DNA of 32,000 nt from the NCBI RefSeq assembly GCF_000009965.1, contig NC_006624.1:300001-332000 (forward strand), written 5' to 3'. The first letter of the stretch is position 1. Every line of letters starts with the position of its first letter. Origin of the DNA: Thermococcus kodakarensis KOD1. Lineage in GTDB: Archaea > Methanobacteriota_B > Thermococci > Thermococcales > Thermococcaceae. Made by a program: the position numbers and the translations under genes. Positions 9,497 through 17,132 of this stretch are shown here, piece after piece. The notes under the pieces are model-generated. The model worked only from the letters and a program-made list of their open reading frames with translations, searched no databases and had not been told where the DNA came from.

Positions 9497-10642
9497 TCAG
9501 CAATCCCGCTTTCTCGGCTCCTCCCCGAATATCGCCATGTAAATCTTCCTGAACTCTTCCCATGAACCTCTAATCACGGGATGCTTGGGGATGAACGGTA
9601 TCTCGTCCTCAGGGAGAGTTGAAAGCTCAAACGTGCCTATCTTCTTCGCTATGTCGACTATTTCCTCCTTGTCGAGCCCTATGAGCGGACGGTAGATGGG
9701 CAGGTCGCTCGCCTGGCTGACGATGTACATGTTCTCGAGGGTCTGGCTTGCCACCTGTCCGAGCGAGTCGCCCATGACTATTCCCTTCGCCCCGAACTCC
9801 TTCGCTATCCTGTCCGCGTGCTTAACCATCATGAACTTGCACAGTACGCAGGTGTACTTCTCCTTCCCGAGCTCTTTGATCTTCTTTAGCATCTCCTCTC
9901 TGTTCTGCGGTTTTACGACAATAAGCTCAGCCTTTCCGCCATAGTGGTACTTCTTGAGCTGGTTCCATATCTTGCGCACCTTTTCAAGGGTCTTTTCGCC
10001 CATGTATATGTGAACCGGGATGACCTCGACCCCGCGCTTCATCATCAGGAAGGCTGCAACTGGCGAATCTATACCGCCGCTGAGCAGTGCAACGACCTTG
10101 CCCTGCGTCCCTATCGGGAGTCCTCCCCAGGCCCTGATTTTGTCAACGAAGATGTAGGCCTTCCCCTCCATCAGCTCAACGCCGACCTCGATGTCGTATT
10201 CGTGCAGATTGACCTCGCTCTCCTCGTTTTCGAGGATGTACTCACCTACCTTGGCCTGGATTTCGGGGCTCTTCAGCGGGAACTCCTTGGTTATCCTCCT
10301 CGCGGTGACCCTGAACTTCGGTTTTTCAAGGTTGAGCTCCCTCTTTTTCTTCCTGAAGAGTTTGAGGGCGGTCTTGTTAATCTTCTCAAGCTCTGCATCG
10401 ACTTCCATCGCCGGTGAAAGCGATACTATTCCAAAGACCCTCGTGAGGACTTCCGTTGCTTCCCTGGCCCTGTTTGTCCTCACAAGGACTCTGCCGTGCT
10501 TTGCCTCCACTTTCTTGAAGTCGATCCCCTCGCTCACGAGAGCCTCCCTGATGTTGTTCATGAGTATGTTCTCAAACCACCTTCTCGTCTGCCGGGACTT
10601 CGTTCCAATCTCGCCGTACCTAACTATGACCACGTTGAACAT
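9497..10642 (-). CDS. thiI: tRNA sulfurtransferase ThiI (ferredoxin-like + THUMP + PP-loop domains)
   Basis: MFNVVIVRYGEIGTKSRQTRRWFE N-terminus, THUMP region, PP-loop ALLSGGIDSPVAAF, YTCVLCKF, MGDSLGQVASQTLENM, RPLIGLDKEEIV. Confidence 0.9.
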   Translation of the reverse strand: MFNVVIVRYGEIGTKSRQTRRWFENILMNNIREALVSEGIDFKKVEAKHGRVLVRTNRAREATEVLTRVFGIVSLSPAMEVDAELEKINKTALKLFRKKKRELNLEKPKFRVTARRITKEFPLKSPEIQAKVGEYILENEESEVNLHEYDIEVGVELMEGKAYIFVDKIRAWGGLPIGTQGKVVALLSGGIDSPVAAFLMMKRGVEVIPVHIYMGEKTLEKVRKIWNQLKKYHYGGKAELIVVKPQNREEMLKKIKELGKEKYTCVLCKFMMVKHADRIAKEFGAKGIVMGDSLGQVASQTLENMYIVSQASDLPIYRPLIGLDKEEIVDIAKKIGTFELSTLPEDEIPFIPKHPVIRGSWEEFRKIYMAIFGEEPRKRDC

Positions 10643-10646
10643 AACC

Positions 10647-10967
10647 TCACCCCACTGGAGCCTTTATCACTATCTCAACGTACTTCTGGATGACCTCATA
10701 GAGGACGAGGCCGAGGACGTAGGATGAGAGCAGTATCAGCTCGTTCATCTCGAATATGTGCCTGGCGAGCTCCTTGGCCCTCGGCGTGGCATTAACTATC
10801 GTCTGCATGTACTTTCTCTTCAGTTTTTGATTGATCAGGATGAAGCCCACGAGAATCAGAACACCAGCTAACCCCCACATCTTCCCAAATCCGAGCATCA
10901 GGAAGAGCGTTGAAGTCATTGTTAGCCAGCCGCCTACGAGACCGAGGGCTATGACGAACTCTATCAT
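10647..10967 (-). CDS. Small membrane protein (3 predicted TM helices), unknown function
   Basis: MIEFVIALGLVGGWL... ATG 10967 is preceded by GGTGA at a 4-nt spacing. The track start ATG 11021 abuts the nitroreductase stop and adds a Ser-rich leader. The stop lies 4 nt before the thiI start. Confidence 0.5.
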   Translation of the reverse strand: MIEFVIALGLVGGWLTMTSTLFLMLGFGKMWGLAGVLILVGFILINQKLKRKYMQTIVNATPRAKELARHIFEMNELILLSSYVLGLVLYEVIQKYVEIVIKAPVG

Positions 10968-11021
10968 CCTTTCACCTGGAGACGTAGAAGAAAAAGAGGA
11001 TAAAAAAGTTTGCTTGTTCAT

Positions 11022-11630
11022 TCAGAGTATCCGCGTAACCTCTTCCACGCCCTTCTTTCTTCTCCGCGGTTTCACCTCATCCCTCGGCCTTCCAACGGGA
11101 ATGAGGCCCACGAGGTAGTAGTTCTCATCCAGACCGGCGAGCTCTCTGACCTTCTCCTCGATCCCTCTGAAGTTCGTCACGCCGATGTACACCGTCCCGA
11201 GGCCGAGCTCCACTGCCTTAAGCATGAGGTTCTGGATGGCCATCGCCGCGCTCTCCACGCTCCAGATGAACTCGACCTCGTCGAACTCCCGCCCCTTGAG
11301 GAAGCGAACCCTCCTGTCTATGAAGACCGCGATGTAGGCCGGCGCCCGGTACATTCCCTCCTCATAAATTCTCTTCATAAGCTTCTTAATCTTCTCCTCC
11401 GGCAAGTTCACTGCGCGGTAGTACTCTACCATGCCCTCTCCGATAAGGTCGTAGATTTCCTTCCGCACTTCCTCGCTCTTGAATACAACGAAAAGCCAGT
11501 TCTCGAGTCCGCTGGCCGTGGGCGCCCTTATCGCGGCCTCTATGAGCGCCCTTATCTCCTCGTCGCTTACTGGGTCATCTTTGAAGTACCTCACGGATGC
11601 ACGCTTCATAATAGCTTCGTCGAGCTTCAT
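11022..11630 (-). CDS. Nitroreductase-family flavoprotein
   Basis: MKLDEAIMKRASVRYFKDDPVSDEEIRALIEAAIRAPTASGLENWLFVV is the canonical nitroreductase N-terminal pattern. ~200 aa. Confidence 0.8.
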   Translation of the reverse strand: MKLDEAIMKRASVRYFKDDPVSDEEIRALIEAAIRAPTASGLENWLFVVFKSEEVRKEIYDLIGEGMVEYYRAVNLPEEKIKKLMKRIYEEGMYRAPAYIAVFIDRRVRFLKGREFDEVEFIWSVESAAMAIQNLMLKAVELGLGTVYIGVTNFRGIEEKVRELAGLDENYYLVGLIPVGRPRDEVKPRRRKKGVEEVTRIL

Positions 11631-11826
11631 TGTTCTTCCCCTAAGGAGAAATGGGTGGGGGGCTTATTTGTTTTTGCCTAAATTTTTCACTCTCATGAGA
11701 CTCCTTTATGGGGTCGATTGGAATAAAAAGGTTATCTACACTAACTAAAATAGAGCCAAGAGAGCGACCTATAAGCGTTAATCCTCCAGTATCTTTGAGA
11801 GGATTTTGCTTTGGAAATCAAGGGGA

Positions 11827-12108
11827 TTATATAACCCCTTTCTGCCTCAGAACACTCAAGTAGTCCTCATAGGTCAATGGACACTCCACGAAGTCTTGAA
11901 ACATATCATCCTCTTCAAGATGCAGCTGTTTCTTTATTCTCCTTAAAAGGTCGTTCCCGAGCTCTTTCTTATCCCTACCTCTGCTGAACACCGTTATTAC
12001 CCTGGTCTTCTTCCCTTCAACGTAAAGAATGTACTTCGTGTGCCTCCCACCCTCCTTTTTCTGGAAGCCCTTCTTTTCCAGTGCCCGCTGGACATCTCTT
12101 GCCTTCAT
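11827..12108 (-). CDS. HicA-like toxin (YcfA/HicA fold) with a ~30-aa C-terminal extension
   Basis: MKARDVQRALEKKGFQKKEGGRHTKYIL fits the HicA pattern MK.rd..k.Le..Gf....gg(S/R)H. Starts 4 nt after the upstream partner gene. Confidence 0.5.
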   Translation of the reverse strand: MKARDVQRALEKKGFQKKEGGRHTKYILYVEGKKTRVITVFSRGRDKKELGNDLLRRIKKQLHLEEDDMFQDFVECPLTYEDYLSVLRQKGVI

Positions 12109-12112
12109 GTCC

Positions 12113-12496
12113 CTAAACCTCCACGAGCTGAAGGAGAGCTTTTCTCAGTTCTTTGGCGCTCTCGTCGAGAATTTCTTCGTCTTCCAAGACGTATTCCTCG
12201 ATCAGGGCTTCGAAAACTTTCTCGGCATCATGAAGGGCATCGTTCAGCGTGGGGCCGCATCCGTAAACTTCAAGCTCCCTGTTCTCGACACACCAGGTTC
12301 CAGCCTCTCTCTCCACGTTCAGCGTGAGGGGTTTTCTAAGCTTATAACCCCCAAACTCGCCCCTTATCTCAATGACTCTGGGAATGAAATGGATTAGCTT
12401 CTTGGGATTCTGAAGTTCAAGCTTTATCTCCTTCAGTTCTCTCTCGATCTCCTCTATTTTCTTGAGGAAGTAGGTGTAATCTACGGCCTCAGCCAT
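12113..12496 (-). CDS. HicB-like antitoxin candidate
   Basis: LTLNVEREAGTWCVENRELEVYGCGPTLNDALHDAEKVFEALIEEYV resembles the HicB N-terminal fold pattern. ATG 12496 (MAEAVDY) is preceded by GGAGG; the track start 12541 is less likely. Confidence 0.45.
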   Translation of the reverse strand: MAEAVDYTYFLKKIEEIERELKEIKLELQNPKKLIHFIPRVIEIRGEFGGYKLRKPLTLNVEREAGTWCVENRELEVYGCGPTLNDALHDAEKVFEALIEEYVLEDEEILDESAKELRKALLQLVEV

Positions 12497-12668
12497 CCAT
12501 AAACCTCCTTGCTCTCTGAATGGATATCGTCCTAAAAACATTAAAACATTTTGGAATCATCCCTGATACTTCAACCACTTGAAAGCCGTTGCTTTTAGCC
12601 CGCTTTCTACGAATTGGAGGGGGTGTATACAAAATGTTTATATGTTTGTACTACAAATTTTTCCCTGG

Positions 12669-12908
12669 GTGAATTACGTGGGAAGCGTTGTTAGTGTCCG
12701 CGTCCCGCCAGATGTCAAGCGGGAAATGGACGAGTTAAAAGGCGAGATCAACTGGAGCGAGGAGATTCGGGAGTTCATAAAGAAGAAAATCAAAGAGTAC
12801 AGAAAGAAAAAAGCCCTTCAGGAGGTTGTTTCCTACATCCAAACCCTTCCAGAGGCTCCAAAGGGGACGGCACAAAAGCTCGTGAGGGATGACCGTGATA
12901 GTCATTGA
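12669..12908 (+). CDS. vapB: VapB-type antitoxin (ribbon-helix-helix-like)
   Basis: VVSVRVPPDVKREMDELKGEINWSEEIREFIKKKI is the typical archaeal PIN-associated antitoxin. It overlaps the PIN gene start. The start is uncertain: in-frame GTG 12669 or 12678 lies ~25-30 nt after TTTATAT (12637-12643), or ATG 12642 lies after GGAGGGGGTG. Confidence 0.55.
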   Translation: MNYVGSVVSVRVPPDVKREMDELKGEINWSEEIREFIKKKIKEYRKKKALQEVVSYIQTLPEAPKGTAQKLVRDDRDSH

Positions 12909-13311
12909 CTCCTCAGCATTCTCAAAGTTTCTTCTAAAGGAGGAGGGCTGGGAGAACGTGATTCCTTACTTGGAGCCAGACCTTGAGCCTCACGCCGTTG
13001 ACATGCTGGCCCTTGAGACTGCGAACGTGATATGGAAGTACGCCAGAAAGTACGGGTTGATAACAGAGGAGCAGGCTTTTGGGCTCTACGAAGGCATGAT
13101 GAAGCTCGTAAGGGAGGAAGTGATAATCCTGGAGTCTAGCGGAAAATACCTGGGGGAAGCGTTGGAAATCGCGATGAGATACGACATTCCTATTTACGAC
13201 AGCCTTTTCATAGCCCAAGCAAAAAGCCTCAGGGCGAAACTCGCCACGAGTGATAAAAGGCAAGCTGAAGTCGCAAAGGTACTTGGACTGGAAGCTGTCT
13301 ATATTGGCTGA
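12889..13311 (+). CDS. vapC: PIN-domain ribonuclease toxin VapC
   Basis: VIVIDSSAF (Asp), LALETANV (Glu), IYDSLFIAQA (Asp), ATSDKRQ (Asp): the four conserved acidic positions of PIN domains. 140 aa. Confidence 0.8.
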   Translation: MTVIVIDSSAFSKFLLKEEGWENVIPYLEPDLEPHAVDMLALETANVIWKYARKYGLITEEQAFGLYEGMMKLVREEVIILESSGKYLGEALEIAMRYDIPIYDSLFIAQAKSLRAKLATSDKRQAEVAKVLGLEAVYIG

Positions 13312-13411
13312 TTAGAAATGTGGAAGAGATTGTGCCTTGTATGGATTTATGTATTTCTTTTTATCCCAAAGGTTTAATAGCTCCATTTCTGAACTCCCTA
13401 AGGTGAAAGAC

Positions 13412-14125
13412 ATGTACGGATGGCGCGGAAGGCTCGGCCTTATAGTTCCATCATCCAACACGACGATGGAGATGGAGCTTCATAATTACCTGCCTGAGGG
13501 TGTTTCACTTCACACATCGAGGATGCCCTTGAGGAACGTCACGGAAGAGGAGCTCGTCAAGATGAGCTCCCTCGCCGTGGAGAGCGCGAAGCTGTTGAGG
13601 GATGCAGACGTTGAGCTCATCCTATACGGGTGCACGAGCGGCTCGTTCATCGGCGGAAAGGACTACGAGAAGGAGCTTGAAGCGAAGATAGAGGATGAAG
13701 TCAAGGTTCCAGTCATAAGCACGAGCACCGCGGTGATCGAGGCGCTCAAAATCCTCGATGCGCAGTCAATACTCGTCATAACCCCCTACACCGACGAGAT
13801 AAACGCCAGAGAAAAGGAGTTCCTGGAGGCCAACGAGTTTGAGGTTCTGGACATCAGAGGTCTCGGCATAGAGGACAACCTAAAAATCGGCAGGCTTGAG
13901 CCCTACGAGGCATACCGCCTGGCCAAGGCGAGCTTCATAGACGAGGCCGATGCAATCTTTATCAGCTGCACCAACTGGAGAACCTTCGAAATAATTGAGG
14001 CCCTTGAGGAAGACCTCGGCGTCCCAGTTGTGACCAGCAACCAGGCATCCCTCTGGCTCGCCCTGAGAGAGATGGACATCATGGAGAAGATTCCAGAGCT
14101 GGGAAGGCTTTTCACGGAGTACTGA
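13412..14125 (+). CDS. Asp/Glu/hydantoin racemase superfamily enzyme (maleate cis-trans isomerase / arylmalonate decarboxylase-like)
   Basis: MYGWRGRLGLIVPSSNTTME, plus two catalytic-type cysteines in LYGCTSGSF and ISCTNWRT. ATG 13412 is preceded by AGGTGA; the track start 13337 is a TTG-initiated extension. Confidence 0.7.
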   Translation: MYGWRGRLGLIVPSSNTTMEMELHNYLPEGVSLHTSRMPLRNVTEEELVKMSSLAVESAKLLRDADVELILYGCTSGSFIGGKDYEKELEAKIEDEVKVPVISTSTAVIEALKILDAQSILVITPYTDEINAREKEFLEANEFEVLDIRGLGIEDNLKIGRLEPYEAYRLAKASFIDEADAIFISCTNWRTFEIIEALEEDLGVPVVTSNQASLWLALREMDIMEKIPELGRLFTEY

Positions 14126-14209
14126 CTTTTCCATTTCTCCCCATACTTCCCGAAATCCTTTTAAGACCTACCACCATTTCAACAACGTTAGTCACTGAGG
14201 GTGATACAC

Positions 14210-15595
14210 ATGGTCAGGGAGCTCCTGGAGAAGGCAAGGGGACTTTCGATGTTCACAGCCTACAACACAAACGTTGACGCGATAGTTTATCTGAACGGCG
14301 AGACAGTCCAGAGGCTGATAGACGAGTTCGGCGCCGAAGCCGTGAAGAGAAGGATGGAAGAGTATCCGAGGGAGATAAACGAGCCCCTGGACTTCGTCGC
14401 GAGGCTTGTTCACGCACTTAAGACAGGAAAACCGATGGCAGTGCCCCTCGTAAACGAGGAGCTCCAGGCATGGTTTGATTCTCACTTCAAGTACGACGTT
14501 GAGAGGATGGGCGGCCAGGCGGGAATTATAGCCAACCTTCTGGCCAACCTCGACTTCAGGGAGGTTCTCGTCTATACTCCCCACCTGGCCAAGAGGCAGG
14601 CCGAGATGTTTGTTAAGAAGCCAAACCTTTTCTACCCCGTCGTTGAGGGTGGAAAGCTGGTTCTTAAGCACCCGTGGGAGGCCTACCGCGAGAACGACCC
14701 TGTTAAGGTAAACAGAATTTTTGAGTTCAGGGCCGGGACGACTTTCAGGCTCGGAAACGAGACGATAACCGTCCCCTTCTCGGGCAGGTTCATTGTTTCG
14801 GCCCGCTTCGAGAGCATAAGGATATACACCGAGCCCGAGCTGAAGCCATTCCTCCCCGAGATCGGCCAGCGCGTTGACGGTGCGATTCTGTCGGGCTATC
14901 AGGGTATAAAGCTCCGCTATTCGGACGGGAAAGACGCCAACTACTACCTCAGGGAAGCGAAAAAGGACATACTCCTGCTCAAGCGCGAGAAGGACGTCAA
15001 AGTTCACCTTGAGTTCGCATCGATTCAAAACCGCGAGCTGAGAAAGAAGGTAATATACAATCTCTTCCCGCTCGTGGACAGCGTTGGAATGGACGAGGCA
15101 GAGATAGCATACGTCCTCAGCGCTTTGGGCTACGACAAGCTTGCGGAGAGGATATTCACTTACAACCGCATTGAGGACACGGTCCTTGGAGGAAAGATAC
15201 TCATCGATGAGATGAACCTAGAGCTCCTCCAGATACACACGATATACTACATCATGTACATCGCCCACGCCAACAACCCGCTGAGCGAGGCGGAGCTCAG
15301 ACAGAGCCTTGAGCTTGCAACAACTCTCGCCGCTTCGAGGGCTTCTCTTGGCGACATAGCGTCCCCAGACCAGATAAGCGTTGGAATGAACGTTCCTTAC
15401 AACGAGCGTGGTGAATACGTAAAGCTCCGCTTCGAAGAGGCCAAGAGGAGGCTGAGGACGAAGGAGTACAAGCTCGTCATCATTCCGACGAGGCTCGTTC
15501 AGAACCCTGTCTCAACCGTTGGCCTCGGCGACACAATCTCAACAGGAGCGTTCACGAGCTACCTGGCGATGCTTAAGGAAAAAGGTGAGCTCTGA
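14210..15595 (+). CDS. pfkC: ADP-dependent phosphofructokinase
   Basis: Near-collinear with remembered Pyrococcus ADP-PFK: TAYNTNVDAIV, EYPREINEPLDFVARLVHALKTGKPMAVPLVNEEL, GGQAGIIAN, VGMDEAEIAY, VGLGDTISTGAF. ATG 14210 follows GAGGGTGA. Confidence 0.9.
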   Translation: MVRELLEKARGLSMFTAYNTNVDAIVYLNGETVQRLIDEFGAEAVKRRMEEYPREINEPLDFVARLVHALKTGKPMAVPLVNEELQAWFDSHFKYDVERMGGQAGIIANLLANLDFREVLVYTPHLAKRQAEMFVKKPNLFYPVVEGGKLVLKHPWEAYRENDPVKVNRIFEFRAGTTFRLGNETITVPFSGRFIVSARFESIRIYTEPELKPFLPEIGQRVDGAILSGYQGIKLRYSDGKDANYYLREAKKDILLLKREKDVKVHLEFASIQNRELRKKVIYNLFPLVDSVGMDEAEIAYVLSALGYDKLAERIFTYNRIEDTVLGGKILIDEMNLELLQIHTIYYIMYIAHANNPLSEAELRQSLELATTLAASRASLGDIASPDQISVGMNVPYNERGEYVKLRFEEAKRRLRTKEYKLVIIPTRLVQNPVSTVGLGDTISTGAFTSYLAMLKEKGEL

Positions 15596-15623
15596 TTTTC
15601 TTTTCAGGTTTTTGTTTGTTCGT
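15596..15623 (+). terminator. Oligo-T tract downstream of pfkC
   Basis: TTTTCTTTTCAGGTTTTTGTTTGTTCGTTT lies immediately after the stop. Archaeal termination typically uses T-runs. Confidence 0.4.
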
Positions 15624-16064
15624 TTAGGCTTCTAGCCCGCGGAGGAGGGCCATTTGCTTGGGATCCCATGCCATTGGATCTGTTACCAGATAAACCCGTC
15701 CGCTGGTTAGTATGGCATAATCCCTAACAAGATGGAGGAACTTGAGGACACTCTCAAAACCATTGTAAACGGTAAGGTATTCAAGGCAGTCGATTATCAC
15801 GGGCACGTCTGGGTTGTGTTTGAGGTGCTCGACTATTCCTTCAAGGATTCTGTGCAGTTCCCTCGGCCCAAAATAGCCCTTAACCGAGCTAACGGGTATC
15901 AGCTTCCATCTTCTTGGGACCTCTGTGCCCGCCCTGCCTATTACCACGGCCCTCTTTTCAGGGATATCCCTAATCGATTGGACTATCCTGAAGTGGTACT
16001 TTTCTCCGGGGGAAGACGCGTCCTCATTCGAGAGCAATGCTCTGTGTTTAAACACACTGAACAT
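15624..16064 (-). CDS. DUF835-like small protein
   Basis: C-terminal pattern PVIIDCLEYLTVYNGFESVLKFLHLVRDYAILTSGRVYLVTDPMAWDPKQMALL matches remembered DUF835 proteins of Euryarchaeota. Confidence 0.5.
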   Translation of the reverse strand: MFSVFKHRALLSNEDASSPGEKYHFRIVQSIRDIPEKRAVVIGRAGTEVPRRWKLIPVSSVKGYFGPRELHRILEGIVEHLKHNPDVPVIIDCLEYLTVYNGFESVLKFLHLVRDYAILTSGRVYLVTDPMAWDPKQMALLRGLEA

Positions 16065-16130
16065 CCCTATCCCCTATCACAGTCTTTGCGGCGGGCTTTA
16101 AATCCCTTTTTTGTAAGTACCTGTGTAGGT

Positions 16131-16189
16131 GTCCCTCAGACAAGACCGATGTCGTCACCGTTCGGCCGGTTGATCCGTCATCATCGGAC
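16131..16189 (-). ncRNA. C/D box sRNA (2'-O-methylation guide)
   Basis: The minus strand reads GTCC-G-ATGATGA(C)-CGGATCAACCGG(12)-CCGA(D')-ACGG-TGACGA(C')-CATCGGTCTTGT(12)-CTGA(D)-GGGAC. This is the canonical archaeal architecture, with two 12-nt guides and a GTCC/GGAC terminal stem. It lies in an intergenic spacer. Confidence 0.8.
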
Positions 16190-16250
16190 GGCATATACCT
16201 AAGGGTGTGGGTTTATAGACTTTCTGTTAATAAGATGGAAGAAAGAGACA

Positions 16251-16979
16251 TCAGAACAGCTCTTCGAGCTTCACGTCGATCTTGTCGGGGTTGAACGGAA
16301 GGACGTGTCTGGTTGTCTTCGGTGAATAAACCTCACCGCGCTTGACGAGCTCCATGACTTCCTCCTTCGTCGGGGCCTTCCTGATGAATACGTAGTCTAT
16401 CTCACCTTTGGCCATGTCCTCTCTCGCGTCCTCTTTGAGGCCGTAGTAAATGAGCTCTATCTTCCCCTCAACGCTCATCTCGTCGAGAACCTTGCTGACT
16501 TTCTTCTGCTCCTCAAGGCCACCAGGAATGGCGAAGCTCTTCTCGCCGACGAGGGCAAAGGCTATCTCGCCCCTCTCGGCCTTCTCTTCAGCCTCTGGAT
16601 CCTCGATGACCTCAAGGCCTTCCTTCTTGAGCCTCTCAACCACCTCGTTGAGGTCGCCCTTGAAGGCAGGGTACCAGGTGTACACCTTGACGTCGTCACT
16701 GAAGTAGTCGAGGATAACCGAGGGAGCCCTCTTCGCGCCGAGCTTCTGGAGGCCGGCCCAGCGGTGGTGGCCGTCAACGATGAGGTACATGTCCTCACCG
16801 GGAACCTTCGCGAGGAGCATCGGCTTCCAGAAGATTCCGGAGCCAGTGACGCTCTCAATAAAAGCTTCAAGCTCCTTCTGAACGAGCTGTTCGTGGGGCT
16901 TCATCTTGTCCAGCTCGATAAAAACGTAGTCAACCTTCTTCGTGGGTATATCGTACTTCGGAACCTTCTCAACTCCCAT
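16251..16979 (-). CDS. serK: ParB/sulfiredoxin-fold protein, ADP-dependent free L-serine kinase (SerK)-like
   Basis: DGHHRW motif of the ParB/Srx fold and 242 aa. The N-terminus IELDKMKPHEQ places a Glu at position 30, the residue I recall as the catalytic base of Thermococcus kodakarensis SerK. The assignment is from memory. Confidence 0.65.
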   Translation of the reverse strand: MGVEKVPKYDIPTKKVDYVFIELDKMKPHEQLVQKELEAFIESVTGSGIFWKPMLLAKVPGEDMYLIVDGHHRWAGLQKLGAKRAPSVILDYFSDDVKVYTWYPAFKGDLNEVVERLKKEGLEVIEDPEAEEKAERGEIAFALVGEKSFAIPGGLEEQKKVSKVLDEMSVEGKIELIYYGLKEDAREDMAKGEIDYVFIRKAPTKEEVMELVKRGEVYSPKTTRHVLPFNPDKIDVKLEELF

Positions 16980-17132
16980 TCCTGACCCTCCGTAACCTTA
17001 ACCTGCAGACGGGAATCGAAACGAGGGGATAAAAGGCTTTCCATCGAGAACATGGGGAAATTTACGGCCATTGGTGAACACTTCAGCTCATCCTAGCAAA
17101 GGTTAAAACACCAAACGTACAAAGCGGAGGTG

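Noticed and set aside
9696-11681. Several plus-strand ORFs (82-223 aa)
   Set aside because: All are antisense to thiI, the small membrane protein gene or the nitroreductase gene, each of which has clear family motifs.
12579-12668. TTG-initiated 30-codon N-terminal extension of the VapB-like ORF
   Set aside because: The extension covers the probable promoter/SD region (TTTATAT, GGAGGGGGTG). Homologous antitoxins start a few residues before the VSVRVP strand.
14192-15028. 278-aa minus-strand ORF
   Set aside because: Antisense shadow of the ADP-PFK gene, which matches a known family end to end.
15732-16202. 156-aa plus-strand ORF
   Set aside because: Antisense to the DUF835-like gene, and it runs across the C/D box sRNA. 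No start context.
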